A model generated the notes under the pieces. That model searched no databases. It saw nothing but the letters and a program-made list of their open reading frames with translations, and was not told where the DNA came from. Shown here one piece after another: positions 35,481-48,172 of a stretch of DNA of 64,000 bases. Position 1 is the stretch's first letter. Every line of letters starts with the position of its first letter. The DNA is from Lama guanicoe. Taxonomy: Eukaryota. The position numbers and the translations under genes are program-made. Location: NCBI GenBank assembly GCA_013239625.1, contig MU054117.1:806001-870000 (forward strand), read 5' to 3'.

Positions 35481-36165
35481 TCGAAGCTACCTTTCCTGGC
35501 ATCTCCACGGCCCCTGACGTTTTTATTTTTCTTTCCAGATGGAAAAGAAAAAAACAAAGAAGGAAATACTGAGCTACCTGGCTTCCCGCAGGCTCAGGTG
35601 AAGCACGTGTAGGGAGGAGGCGCCCTGGTGGGTAATCACGCTCTGTCACTGGTGTCTCTCCATGACCCTCACTGAGTTGGGGGATTTAAAAGCACCCACA
35701 AGTTGATTTACATTGAATTCATGGCATTATTTTATTAATCCAGCTCTCAAATCTACTTTTTCAAAGGGCTTTTTGTCTCTTTACCTCTACTCTGAAGACT
35801 TAAAAAGTCGTTTCAATGGAACAAAACTAAATAGAATTTGAAAACAAAACAAAACATGGTGACTTCCTCTTAATTAGATGGCGCTTAGGCATCTGCAACA
35901 ATAAGTAAGATGGAAAAAATTCAGTCTCTTAAAAACATGAACCCCGTGGAATTGAGATGGAGGAGACTAGAGTGATGGCTGGCCGTCGGGAGGAGGCAGC
36001 CTGCACCAGTGGAGATGGGCTGGGGCTAGACCCGGACCCACACGAGGCCCAGGACCACGTGGAAAAATCTCTTAATTTCTAGGGACCTCAAGTTCCAAGT
36101 ACCTAAGATGAAGATATGGTGTCTTCCTCAAAAGATGATCATGATAGAATTAAAATTATTTGCTT

Positions 36166-36302
36166 GGGGGGAGGCCAAGTGGTAGCTCAGTGGTAGAGCG
36201 CGTGCTTAGCGTGCACGAGGTCCTGGTCCCATCCCCAGTACCTCCATTAAACAAACTAATTAGTTAATAAACCAATTACCTGCCCCTCCCTGCAAAAAAA
36301 AA
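36166..36302 (+). mobile_element. Camelid tRNA-derived SINE (Vic-1-like)
   Basis: TAGCTCAGTGGTAGAGCGCGTGCTTAGCGTGCACGAGGTCCTGG..CATCCCCAGTACCTCCATTAA...AATTACC plus A-tail; A box intact, B box damaged. Confidence 0.93.
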
Positions 36303-36539
36303 TACTAATTTTTAAAAACCTCAAAGCTCACTGGTTTTATCCACATCATTTTTTTTAAAAGGACTTGAGAGTTTTCAAATCCCGTAACTTAAAAAAAAAA
36401 AAACTTGAAGCAGAAGTAACAACTGTCTAAAATCGATGAGTAAGATGTAAGTAAACATGCAGGACAGCAGCGTTCTCCTGACCGGTCAGAAACGCCGGCC
36501 TAAGCTTCCTGGCAGTTACGCGAAGGAAGTTATGATAAA

Positions 36540-36630
36540 GCTCTCATTATCTCATTAATTGAGAGACGGGAACAAACTGATTCCTCGAAGCCATTAGATG
36601 AGATAACGTACGTGAAAGCTTTTAGTAAAT
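36540..36630 (+). mobile_element. MIR fragment
   Basis: ATTAGATGAGATAACGTACGTGAAAGC. Confidence 0.6.
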
Positions 36631-38092
36631 GACCCTAAAGCAGACGTGGTCGTTATGGCTCAGGGCACGGGCGAGGCGTGCGCTCACTCACAGGTGGGGT
36701 GGGGGACCCCAAACTCATCGGGGGATGGGGTTTCATGCAAAGAGCCCGGCTGCACCTGCCCTGCCCTCTCGTCCTCTGGTCGGATTCTCGGAGGTCCCCA
36801 CCAGGACCAGGAGGCATCTCCATCCCGGGGTCTCGCAGGAGAGAGTCGAGAGTATGAGGTCCCACTGGGCCGCACGGCAATGCCGGTTCTGCGGGTCAGA
36901 TCCCTTACGGCTGAGCCTAAGGGGAAGCCCAAATGCAGCGGAGGCAGAGGAGCAGCGAGGGCGGAGGACACCGGCTCCGAGGACCTCTCTGCGGTTCTGA
37001 CAAGTGTGGAAGTCTGAGGGCGACAGAGGCTTAACCAGCGGTGACTCTCACAGCCCGAGGGCCTGGGCGAGTTTTGGAGGAGAAGGGACTGACCTGGGGG
37101 TCCAGTCACCACACCAGCCCTTCCTCCCGGGTCCCCGGGTGCCTGCGCTCCCAGACGCTCTGCAGACGGGGTGGCCACAGGCGACCCCTGGCCAGTGGGA
37201 GGTTAGTGGCGGCGAGAGCCCCCACTTCCAGGCCTCGCCCTGAAGAGCCACCGTCAGCGTCCCGGCTGGTGATCCCCGAGCTGGCCGCTGGGTGCTGGCT
37301 GTCAGGGAGGTGGGGACGCATGTGACCAAGGCGGCAAAGCCCTGGCCCCTCAGTAAACAATGAGCAGGGCCACCTGAGCCCCTGGGGGGACCGAAGTGAA
37401 CGATTTAAAACTCACTGTGATTTCAGGCTTCAGCTGATAGCACGGCTCGTGTAAGAGAGGAACAGACGGAGGAACTGACTCCCATGCCCCGGGGGAGAGC
37501 TGGACTCAGGGAGAGACGGCCATTTGCTATTTAAACAGACAATGTTCTGGTTCCCAAGCCGCTGACACCTCCCAGGCACCCAGACAGACTCCCCTACACA
37601 CCGCCCCGGTCTCTTGAATTTTCCCAGGGTATTTTTTAGCTGCTTTGTAGGCAACGACGCTGGTCATCAAATCGGAATCAAGAATGGGGATGCGACCCCG
37701 GCCCAGCATCCTCCTCGCTGGGTGCGCGGCCTTCATCGGCTCTGCGTCCCGGCCCCGATCCTGCACCGCCTGCTCCCCACCTCCAGCTGGTTCGCTGCTG
37801 CGTTTCATCAACCCAAGAACCCTGGAGGCTCGTGGGGGCTGAGATGACAGCCTTTAGGGTTCCTCTCCGGACAGCGTGGAGCCGGGCAGGCAGTGAGCCC
37901 CGTCAACGCTCGAGTCCATTGGCCTGGAGAAGTCGTCTTCCACACGACGCGGGAAGTGGGGAGAGGGCCACCCGCCCAGCGAGACGCAGGAGGCTGCACC
38001 TGGCAGAACCGCTTCACACGTGCCCGCACGTCACGCGCCGACGCTGGTGGGGGAGCGAGCAGGTCTCTTCTCTGCGACGAGGGGCGTGGCCA

Positions 38093-38235
38093 GCTCTCCA
38101 ACTTTAACGCACAGGAACCAACTACCAAGCTTCCTGACAACGTGGCTTCCTGGGCTTAACCCCCACGTTCTGATCCTGTAGCTCTGGGGTGGGGCCCAGG
38201 AACCTGCATTTAGGACGCTGCTCCTGCAGTTCCCA
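38093..38235. mobile_element. MER5-like fragment
   Basis: TTCTGATCCTGTAGCTCTGGGGTGGGGCCCAGGAACCTGCATTT. Confidence 0.75.
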
Positions 38236-38789
38236 GTTCCCACACAAGGGGCAGGAAACCGCAGTGTGAGGTGAGGCCACGTCCAGGTCCCCCCGCTGAG
38301 GTTACCTCCCAGGCCTCCGCGACGCCGCTGGGCCCACAGGGGAGCTAGCGCGCTCTGCCCCAGGCCACTCATCCACCAGACTAACCCCAAACGCTGTCCT
38401 TCCTCCCGAAACAGGAAGGACCGGGTGACCCCTCTGTCCTCTGAAGGCCACCGTTCGCTGTCACTCCCGGGCAAACTGGGAAGTGACCCCCCCGCCACAG
38501 CGCCGCAGCCCCATCTGCTCCGAGTCCTACTCGGCCTCCTTGGATTGGCACGTCCGGCTCGCGCTGCCAGGGACCATCTGCACCCCGCGCCTCCCGACAG
38601 CCCAGACTGGCCCTCTGCTGGTTCAGATGGGCAGGCGCCAGCGAGCACACCCAGCCTCGGGGGGTCCCACTGTCACACCCTGGGTGGCTCCCCACAAACC
38701 CCGCACCTGGGGGTGCTTGCTTTGTTTCTGGGCACAACTCTTGAGCACTGCGTTCCCTAAGCTTACTCGCGCTCTTGGTAGTCAGGAGA

Positions 38790-38915
38790 GCAGCAGGTAG
38801 CGGGCGTCTTTACCCATTTGCAGATGGCAAACAGAGAGGGGCTCTGACTTGCCCAAGGTCACACAGCAGGCCGGCTGTGCAGCCGGAGCGCAGCCAAGCT
38901 CTCTGCATCCAAGCG
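38790..38915 (-). mobile_element. MIR fragment
   Basis: CCCATTTGCAGATGGCAAACAGAG..TGACTTGCCCAAGGTCACACAGC. Confidence 0.9.
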
Positions 38916-39972
38916 GCCCGGTGCACAGAGTTGCGGCTGCTCTGATTCGGCTGCTGCTCCGTCGGAACAGAAGCATCCCGCTAGGCTCTGCCTCCCATCA
39001 TTTAAAGAGCCTGGGGGGCGAGCCGTCTCCGAGGACCACTCCCCCACCGGCATCACGGTGAAGACAGCAGGGGAAGCGCTTCTGCCCACAGCCGCGGCCG
39101 GGGCGCAGGGGTGTTGCCTCTGGGTTCCAGGGCTGGCCTTGTGCTGGACACGCACAGGAAGTGAGCGGGTGTGCATTCCAAATTGGGAGAGAAAACCATT
39201 CGCTCATACAGGAATCTCTGGCCACTGTCTCTGGACCAGCTCGATCTTTGCTTTAAATAACTCGGCCAAACTCAGGACTGCCCAGGGGAGGCCAGCGGCC
39301 GACACCCCAGGGCTCATCGCGCCGGCTTGACAATCTAAGCGACCAAGCCCCATCCCACCTTCCCAGCCCAGGCCCCTCGCTTCTCCCCGCTGGTCTGAAG
39401 TCTTCCCTCCGCAGAGTCCCTCCCTATGAATCAGGGATGAGACTTTCCCATCATCTTTTGAGCTTGTAAACTTCTCTCAACGAGATAACAGAAGTGGCCT
39501 TCAGTCACAGCACGAGGGGCACGTGTCAGACATCAGCGTGAACCTTCTGACACCAGTTGCTCCGGCAGGACACAGGCAGCCGAGGCTGGCGAGCTGGCGT
39601 TCACCGCGTGCGCGTGCGGCACTTCGTCGACTCCTCAGCGCCCTGCGGTCGGGCAAGCGTCTTTGTTTCAGAGACGAAGAAAGAGGAAGATGGTAACTCT
39701 TCTGCAGCACAAGTCCTCAAAAGGCAGGAGGCACAGACGCAGGTGCTGGTGAATTCAAATAGCATTCTGGAGGAGGAAAGGGTCTGCAGACGTCCCCTTG
39801 TCTCCTCTGCGCCCGGAGCTGCTCGCGAGCCTTCCACGTGCACGAATCAGCCATCACGGAGCCCCGGGCCCCGGGTGGTCGCCGAAAGGTAACAGTCCTT
39901 TCTTCCCCTTAAAGTTCAGAACCAGTTGAAAAATAAAACATAGGAGGCACAGACTGAAATCAAACTAAAGGC

Positions 39973-39978
39973 TTTATT
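39973..39978 (-). terminator. Candidate polyadenylation signal (AATAAA) with downstream GU/U-rich element
   Basis: Minus strand reads AATAAAgcctttagtttgatttcagtctgtgcctcctatgttttatttttc; it lies in unique (non-repeat) sequence. Confidence 0.4.
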
Positions 39979-40609
39979 ACGAACCAGTTCTAAACAGGAG
40001 GACACGGCCTAGGTGTGTGGTTACAAAGGGCCCCTAACAGCCCAGGATTAACCTACTTGCTCAACCGAAAAGTGGGACCATTCTGGGCTCTCCCTACAGG
40101 CCGGAGGCAGCCGGGCACCTGGCGAACCTGCTTTGCGTCTAGATTCAAGAGAGTCCCCAGACGAGCTGAGCCAAACTCCCAAGTCAGAGAGCTCAGTTCT
40201 CCTGGGCCGGGGTCAAGGGCAGAGCATATCTTCCAGGGGTGCGGGGGACACTCCCTCCCCAACCCATGGTGACACCAGGCGTTAGAAGTGTCCCCTCTGG
40301 GTGGGTCACCAAAATGTACGTGGGGGCACGGGGGTAGGAGTAGTGGAACCCACAGACGCGACAGGGGCACCCTCTCCACGATGACACGGGAGGCCTTGGG
40401 AAGCAAAAAACAAACGGAGAAGAACAGGGGCTCAGAAAGAAGACTGCACGCAGCCGCCCGGGCCAGCGCCGGAGCCGGCCTGGAGCTGCTCGGGGAGACC
40501 CTGCGTAATCCACGGGACAAGGAGGGCAGGGCACCAACCCCACGGGAGCCCACGCCCGCCCGTGGCTCTGGGCCGTCTCCACCGTCTGCCCTCCCCCCTC
40601 CTCCCCCCT

Positions 40610-40857
40610 NNNNNNNNNNNNNNNNNNNNNNNNNNNNNNNNNNNNNNNNNNNNNNNNNNNNNNNNNNNNNNNNNNNNNNNNNNNNNNNNNNNNNNNNNNN
40701 NNNNNNNNNNNNNNNNNNNNNNNNNNNNNNNNNNNNNNNNNNNNNNNNNNNNNNNNNNNNNNNNNNNNNNNNNNNNNNNNNNNNNNNNNNNNNNNNNNNN
40801 NNNNNNNNNNNNNNNNNNNNNNNNNNNNNNNNNNNNNNNNNNNNNNNNNNNNNNNNN
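40610..40857. other. Assembly gap (N run)
   Basis: N bases; the left flank is C-rich low-complexity sequence. Confidence 1.
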
Positions 40858-43030
40858 TTCGGCCCGCCCCGAACCCCAGACATCTCTGCACGGAGCCAGC
40901 GCCAATGACTCGGAGAGGCCCTTGACTGTGGCCAGATCGTGGAGGCCACGCCAACGACACCAGCCCTTTTTTGGACTTTCTTTTCCAGGCGGCCCGAGTG
41001 TTTACACACTGGGAGCAGCCCCACAGGGGCTCCCGGCGCATGACACATCCCCGCGAGCCGCCGGCTCCAGCGGAAAAAGATCACCATTGCTGGGGCCACA
41101 GCGCCCGCTTGGCTGCAGCGGGAGCGGTGGGCCTTTCTGAACCCCAGCGGACACCCCACAAACAATGACAGACATCACAGCAGGGGCCGGAGGTGGCGTG
41201 GGCCATCCCGCCACCACTTCCCGTCGCTAAGCGCCCCCGTCCATCCCGCGCGAGGATGCACATGCTTTGCATGCTGAGCAGCTGCGGCCAGACCGGAGGA
41301 CGGATGCTCACACCGCGGGGTCTCAGGGACAAGCGCTGTCCTGGGCCTGTTTCACAGACGCGGAGACCAAAGGCCAGAGGAAGGGCCCGGGGCCAGCGGG
41401 AGGCCCCTGCTCCCACCCCAGCTCCGATTCTGCCTGCTCTCCCGAGAGTTCCCGCCTCACGGGGGCTGGGAAGACTCGGTTCTCTGACGAGCTGCAGGGC
41501 AGCCGTTTTTGATTACTTGTGCAAGAGAGACACACAAGCAGGGTATTCTGGTTGGGAAGCGACTTCTCGTTCCACCCGCCAGAATTCGTGTGGGTTCATT
41601 CACGTGGCCCGGGGGCTGTGTCTGGTCCAGCCGCTGGGCTCCCTGCGTCGGGAAGGTCAGGGCGGGAGCTCCGGGGCTGCGGCCGCTCCACGGGGGCCAA
41701 CACCCACCGTCCGGCCATGTCACCGAGCTACCTCGACCTCCGGCTGGTGCCGCACAGGACAGGGCACCCCTTACGGCGCCTGCTCTCGTTGTGAGGGCTG
41801 TCACCCCGGCCCAGCTGCATCCTCCCCATCGCTGAGGCCGGGTGGTTTTGCAGCCCACCCCTCACCTGTCCTCTGGTGCTGGGGACGGTCAGAGAAACCA
41901 TGCTCCCCCTTTGCTCTTCACCCCAGTGACCCTGTGATGCTGTAAACTGTTCTGGACTCTCCTCTGCTCTTCAGAAGCCTCAGGGATGATTTTCCACCCC
42001 CCAGACATGGATGAGACGGGCCCTCGGCAGACACCAGGCTCCAGGAGACGCACCGTCAGCGCCTCGGGGAGAAGGAGAGAAGGGTGGGCACAGAGGGACA
42101 GACGTGGCCCTTCCCCGAGGAATCTGCAGAAGGCAGGGCGGTGATCTCTGTGTGGGGCCAGCAGCAGGTCTCAGGCCTGGCCCCACCTTAACAGCTGGTG
42201 AGGGTCAGAGCCGGGATTCAACAAAGGCGAACTGGGCCCACACGTCTGCCCGCCTGGCCTCCCTGCCGACGCCCCCCCACCCCACGCCAGCACACTCATC
42301 AGGGCGCATATTAACCCTTAAATGAAGCGAGATGCCCAGCCAGGGTGACAGAGCAGAAGCCCAGCTCACTGCGGGCCGAGCGCACAGCAGCCCTGTGCCA
42401 GGTGCCACGGCGGCCTCCTGTCACAGACGGAGATGCTGAGGTCAAGAGCTGCAGGCACCTGTCCAGGGTCGCAGGGTCGGCGACCCTCAGGCTGTGACAG
42501 CCTGCCCCTCGGTCCAGACCCAGGCCGCCCAGGAGGCCGCAGTCGGGGGGCTGTCTCTGCTCCTTGCTTGGTCCTCTTCTCCGCTGTCTTGACGGCAGAG
42601 GTGGTGTTGTCTGTCTGTCTACACCTAGCGGGGCTTTGCAGGTGTGAGCACCAGCCCAGCCCCCGGAAAGGAGGGGCTTCTGTTCCCCCTCCAGCCTCGC
42701 CTCCGGCCGGTTCTGGACGTCACTCAGCAACGCGCAGCACCTGTCAGTTTCTAGGGCACCGCGGGCTTAGCATCTCCCTTGCAGTCAGCTAGCTGAAACT
42801 GTGTGGAGACGGACCCTTGCCTCCACCACGAGGAGGGACGCGCCCCTGGGGCCTGGGCCCAGCGGTGGAGGAACGTCCCTGGGAAGGACGGCAGGGAGAC
42901 GCCCAGCGTTCCCACCGTGGCTGCGGGCTCCTGCGCTCCCCTCCTTAGCTGGTCAGGAGTCGGGCCGGGGAGAGGCTCAGCTCACCGGCTGTGCTGTGAA
43001 CAGTCTCTCAGCCCGGCAGGGGAAGCCAGG

Positions 43031-43379
43031 TGCTGTGGCCTGAATGTGTGTACCCCCAAACCGCTGACATGACGGTCCCTGGAGATGCCGCCGTGGGAGG
43101 GGACTAGGTGTAGATGAATCAGGAGGGGCTGCTGGTGGGATCAGTGACCTTGAAAGCCGAGGAGGAGACACCGCAGCACCCGTCTCTCCGCACATGTGCA
43201 CCAGGAGAGGCCGTGTGTGCACAGCGATGGGGCGGGGGGTGGGCGTCCACATGCCAGGAACCAAGGCCACCGACTCCTTGTACTTGGACGTCCAGCCTCC
43301 AGACCATGGGAGACACAGGTCTGGGGGTTAAGCCCCAGCCAACAGTGTCTCGTTACCGCAGCCTGAGTGGGCCGAGGCG
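43031..43379 (+). mobile_element. MLT1A-like solo LTR
   Basis: TGCTGTGGCCTGAATGTGTGTACCCCCAAA...TGGGATCAGTGACCTT...CTTGGACGTCCAGCCTCCAGACCATGGGA...TTAAGCC...GTTACCGCAGCCTGAG. Confidence 0.88.
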
Positions 43380-43484
43380 CTGGGCCGGGCAGAGACCTGC
43401 CGCTCAGTTACTGAATACGACGTGCGAGCTAAGCCTGCCCACGGACCTGTGTTCTGCCCAGCTTCCCCTCAACAGAAGAACCAC

Positions 43485-43520
43485 AGACACACACACACAC
43501 ACACACTTACACACACACGC
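43485..43520. repeat. (CA)n microsatellite, interrupted
   Basis: Read directly. Confidence 0.95.
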
Positions 43521-46004
43521 AGAGAACTTTTAAGTTAAAAAAGCCTGAGCGGATAAATAACCCAGCTCAATTTTGGAAACAACTATTTTTTGAAAACAGA
43601 GAGAAAAGACGTGCGTTTCGCTGGCCTGCAAAGTCCCTCCACCATCTGCCCATTTTCCGCTGGGGTCACAGGTCCTCCTCCTTTCCGCGAGGTTTTTCGC
43701 TTTGTTCCTAAAATCCAAGTTTTCGTCCCCTCCCCCGGGGATGGGGAGGAGCAGCAGCAGCACAAGGGTACGTGAAGGTGACGGACAAGCACGGGGAGAA
43801 GCACAAAGAGGCTCGGCAGGAACTCGGAGCCGGAGGAGGGGCGAGACGGCGCGTGAAGGCCTAAAATGTCTCAGCAAAGACTTCTGTCCCTTTGCAAAGT
43901 CGTGCCACCACCTTCCGCAGGGAACCGAGGGACCCGGGAGTCCAGAGCCCATGCTGGCTGCGCCCCAGGACGGCCAGGAAGCCCGGAGCCCAGCCTCGGG
44001 GACAAAGCGCCCGCCAGCAGGATGAGGCCTGCGGTCACGGGCCTGTCTCTGGGGACCGTCCACCACAATGGGGGGCCGCGCACTCCCCCCACCCTCGAGT
44101 TTCCCAACAAAGGTGACGCCTGATCGTGGCACCTGCAGGTTTAGTTAATTGAACCCACCGGGGAACGGAGCCCAGCGACCACGGAGCCTCAGACTCACGG
44201 GAGAAGGGCCTGCGGTGCCGGCGGATGGGGCTGCAGGGGTGCTCGCGTCCTCCCGGGGACCCAGGAGGCGCTCCGGCTTCCAGGGAACACAAGCCAGGGC
44301 TCGGAACGCGGCCCACCCCCCAGCAGTTCTAAGACAAAAGTACCATTTGTTTCCGGAATAATCAGAGTGAAAACCCAAAAAGACCAACTCAGAACGAGAC
44401 CGAGAGTTTTAGGGGTCAGGCAGAAGGAAGGAACCTGATGAGGTCTTTTCTACTGGCAGCCCTAGATCTTCCTAATTTTGAGGGAACTTTGGTCCTACAT
44501 CCGGGAGTTACCCAGGGCGCGTCCCACAGGCGCCGTGAGCGGGTGCCGGGGGCGGACAGGGAGGGAAGCTGCCAGGAGGACGCCCCTGAGGAAATCAAAT
44601 CGCATTTCCCGGCAGCGGGGTCACAGGCTTCAGGACTCGCCCACCCCCAGGCTGCGTGCCGTGTGTGGTCACCGCTCCCACCACCGCCACGATTCCGGGG
44701 GAAGAGCGGAGCACCGCCTGACAGCCCCTGGGCCGGGGGTTTGCTGTGTCCGGGGCACGGTCATTCCTGGGACTCGTGGAAGAACAGAGTGAGGCCAGGG
44801 CAGCGGCACAGGCTGGGCTCCAGGACTGCCCCCAAGCCCCCCACATATGGGGGACCCCACCCCCTACACACGGACCCAAGGCAGCCAAGCCCACCTGCCA
44901 AGCCCTCGGGGCCTCGTCTATAAAAGGGGGAACCTTTCATCTGTCCACAGGGTCGTCAGGGCCGGGCAGCTAAAGCACTAAGCAGCGCCGACCTCAAGAG
45001 ACCCCTGGTGACTGTCAGCCCTTCTCACTCACGTGTTTCAGAACAGAGACCTGGCCCACGGGACAAGGGAAGCCTGGATTTAAGGTCCCGTTCACTCTGG
45101 GAGCCGCCATCCCCAAAGCCGCAGCAGAGCCCCATCCTCTCTGCCCAGAACTCTGCCGGGGCCTCAGTGCCCGCACGACGGGGTACTGACTCCTCTGTGG
45201 ATGGCCGGGGCCCCCCGACCCAGCATTGTCCCCACTGCCTCTCTCCCTCACCGGCCCTGGATGCCCCGTGCTGGTCCCAGCTCCCGAACCCTGACTTCCC
45301 TCCTGCTGGGCACCCACCCCCTTTTTCTCCTCTTGCCTAATCGGGGCCCCTGCTCGTCCCCATCCCGGTCCCCACCCGTCCTCCCTGTACACTGCGGCCG
45401 CCTTCACTGTCGCCCACACCCCGCCCTGGACATGGTCATCTTCGGGTCTTCCCTCGCTGGCCCGGCCTCTCGCCAGCACACGGCAGGGCCTCACCAAGGC
45501 TCCTTGGGCCACTCACTGCTGTGCAAACGTGGGGAGGTTCCCGCCAACGCAGCCACAGCCCCGCCAGCCTCACCCGCGGCCTCACAGAGGAACTCAGCCC
45601 TCATGGCCAAGTGCATTTCAGAATCCAGACGTCCCGGGTCCTAGAGGAGCAATCTGTGCGCTCACCATATGAACGCCGTGGCAGGGTGAGGTCCCCACAG
45701 GCCTTCACGCTCCTGCCAGGGACCCTGGAAGGGCCATTCTGAGCGGGTTGAACGTGACTGAGCCCACCCCCGCCAGCACCTGCCCAGGCGCCCCGACATG
45801 AGTTCCGTCAGGTTTTGTTGCCAAATGGATAAAAGCTGAACTTCCATTTTTCAGAGATGGTTAGATTCCAGAATCACAGAGCAGGGCTATGGGTCTGTAT
45901 CAGGTGCGATGGGACAAAAAAATAAACATAAAAATAAGCAGACGACAGCCCCCCGGCCTTGAGGAGGCCCAGCGGGCAGAGCGCGAGCTCAGGCGTGACG
46001 CAGA

Positions 46005-46070
46005 CCCGTCTCTGAGCCTCAGCTCCTCGCCTGTGAAACGGGCTGAAAGGAGGTGACTCACGCGGAGAGG
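46005..46070 (+). mobile_element. MIR core fragment
   Basis: TCTCTGAGCCTCAGCTCCTCGCCTGTGAAACGGG. Confidence 0.75.
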
Positions 46071-48172
46071 AGAGGCTTGCAGAGCACCCGGCAAATTTCC
46101 AGCCCAGGGGGAGCCTGTACGGGGGGGTCACAGCACCGTCCTGTCCGTGGAAACCCGCACGCCTGTGTCCGAGGGCACAGGTCCCGGGAGCCTCTCGGGG
46201 ACGGAGCTGAGATGACCTCCTGGAAGGAGCTTCTTGGTGGGAACGGACTCGGAGCAAACCTGACGCTCCGGACGTGTTGCGCACAAAACGGCGGAACAGA
46301 GCACCGGTGACCGAGCCAGCTCCCCGGCCGTCTGCAGAACTCCGGGCAGCAGCGGCCTGTGACCCCAGGCGCGGCGTGGCCTGCGCGCTCGGGCTGCTGT
46401 CTCTGCCGGTCGCTCCCTCTCAACACTTCCGTTTCCAAAGACGTCAAACACACAGACACAGCCAGGCACCCGTCTGCGCAGCGGAACTGCGTTCACGGCC
46501 CACGCGCAGGGTCGGGACCAGACCCAGGCCTCGGACGCCACGAAGCTGGGCTCCCAGTTTACTGTTTTTGTTGGTAAAAGTCATCTTCCCACTGTGAGGA
46601 CAGCTCCTTTTTGCGCCAAGTGAACCTAATCCTGATGTTTATTAACATTAAACTTGACATTTACGGCCTGAGCGCCTTACCGGCATTAACGGATAATCCT
46701 CCGAGCATCCCGGGGTGGTGGGGGCGCCACGTGAGGCCCAGGACGGCCCAGGCGAGGCGTCACGGGGCTGGGCCCCCACCGCCTCGGGCTCTGCAGCCTT
46801 GCTTCCGGCCGTGGCTCTCGCTCAGGAGGCATCACCTCTTCCTTCCGCTCAGTTTCTGAGCAGCTCCATCCCGAAGCCCCACCGGCGTCTGTGCGCTGGG
46901 CCCCGCCCGTCCAGGCACCTTCCGGTCAGAGAAGCAGGATCATCAGCCACCTGAGCCAATGGCCACGGTGCCACGGGGTCCGGAGGCTCTGGAGCAGGGG
47001 TCACACCCAGGGGCCAGCGGGCCGAGACCCACAGGTGGGTGGAACTTGACTGACATCGTTTTTAAGGTAAAAAATTTTGAGCACATTTAAGGAGCAATAA
47101 ATTTCACCTAAAGTCCAAATTTCGTGTCAAGAGGTCAGAAGGGCTTATAATGGCAGGTAGACAGCCCTCACGGCGACGGTCTGCTGTGGCTGCTTCCGCC
47201 GGGGACACGAGCTTGGCACAGACCCCGGCCCTGCTGCTTCTCGAGGCCCAGCGTCCGAGTCGGCAGCTGTCTGTCCTTCTTCCTGCACTGCTGCCTCGCA
47301 CGGGGTGGGAACGAGCACGCTTCCGTGGGACGTGAGCCACCCCCCGCCCGGACCTGGCCCACCTCCCCGTGCTCCCCTCCTGGCCACCTCCTGCAGGCCT
47401 CTGAGTTTGCAGCCTCCGACCTGAGCACAGAGAAGGTCCCAGGAGGTCGGGAGGCAGGACGTAGCAAGAGCCAAGTGGGGCTGGGGACGCAGGGAGGCGG
47501 CCAGAGCAGCAGCCCGGCTGGAGTCGGGGTGGGGGAAGGGGACCGGCGGCTGGAGGGCTGGGGAGAAGCTGGGATCCGGAATGAGGCTGCACAGGGAGCC
47601 GGGATCGCGAGTGGAGATGGTGACCAGTAGGGGCCGGGGCCCGAGGGTGGAGACACCACCTCAGGGTGGAGAGGAAGTGAAGATGCCGACGGCTGAGGGC
47701 CGGAGAAACACTCCGCAGGCTCGCGCCTCCGGTGACCCCGGACTGAGCGCCGCCGTGACCCAGGCACGGGGCAGGGCCAGACGGAAATCCCCGCCGCGCA
47801 GCACACAGGCCGGGTGGGGAGGGCTCCCGCCCGGACCGGAGATGCTTCTGCCCCGCTAGCCAAGGGCCTGGAGAGGTGCCTTGGCAAGGGCAGGCAGGCG
47901 GGGGCAGAGTCGGCGGTCCCCCCAAAGGGCTGCTGAGCAGGGAGCGGGGAAGCGGGCTGGTGATTCTCCTCCCGACACAGCTCAGCCCAAGAAAGCACAG
48001 AGCGGCTGCAAACCCCGCTCGTCAATCTCCCGAGACACCGGACCACCTTCAGAATCACAGTGCAGACGGCGGGCCCCGTCGCGCCTTTGACCTGTTTTCC
48101 CAGGCTTCTCACGTCGTGTGACTGATCACACATATTCCCCCAACGGGCTCCTCTGCCTGCCTGCTCGCGAGC

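Noticed and set aside
36181-36245. tRNA gene
   Set aside because: It is the tRNA-like head of a SINE with a damaged B box and a SINE tail; the same applies at 23551.
40053-41165. ORFs of 157-370 aa around 40-41 kb (and those at 56.7-57.0 kb)
   Set aside because: They are artefacts of reading through N gaps.
44919-44926. TATA box TATAAAAG
   Set aside because: The context CCTCGTCTATAAAAGGGGG matches the MIR core (CCTCATCTGTAAAATGGGG), so it is likely a repeat remnant.
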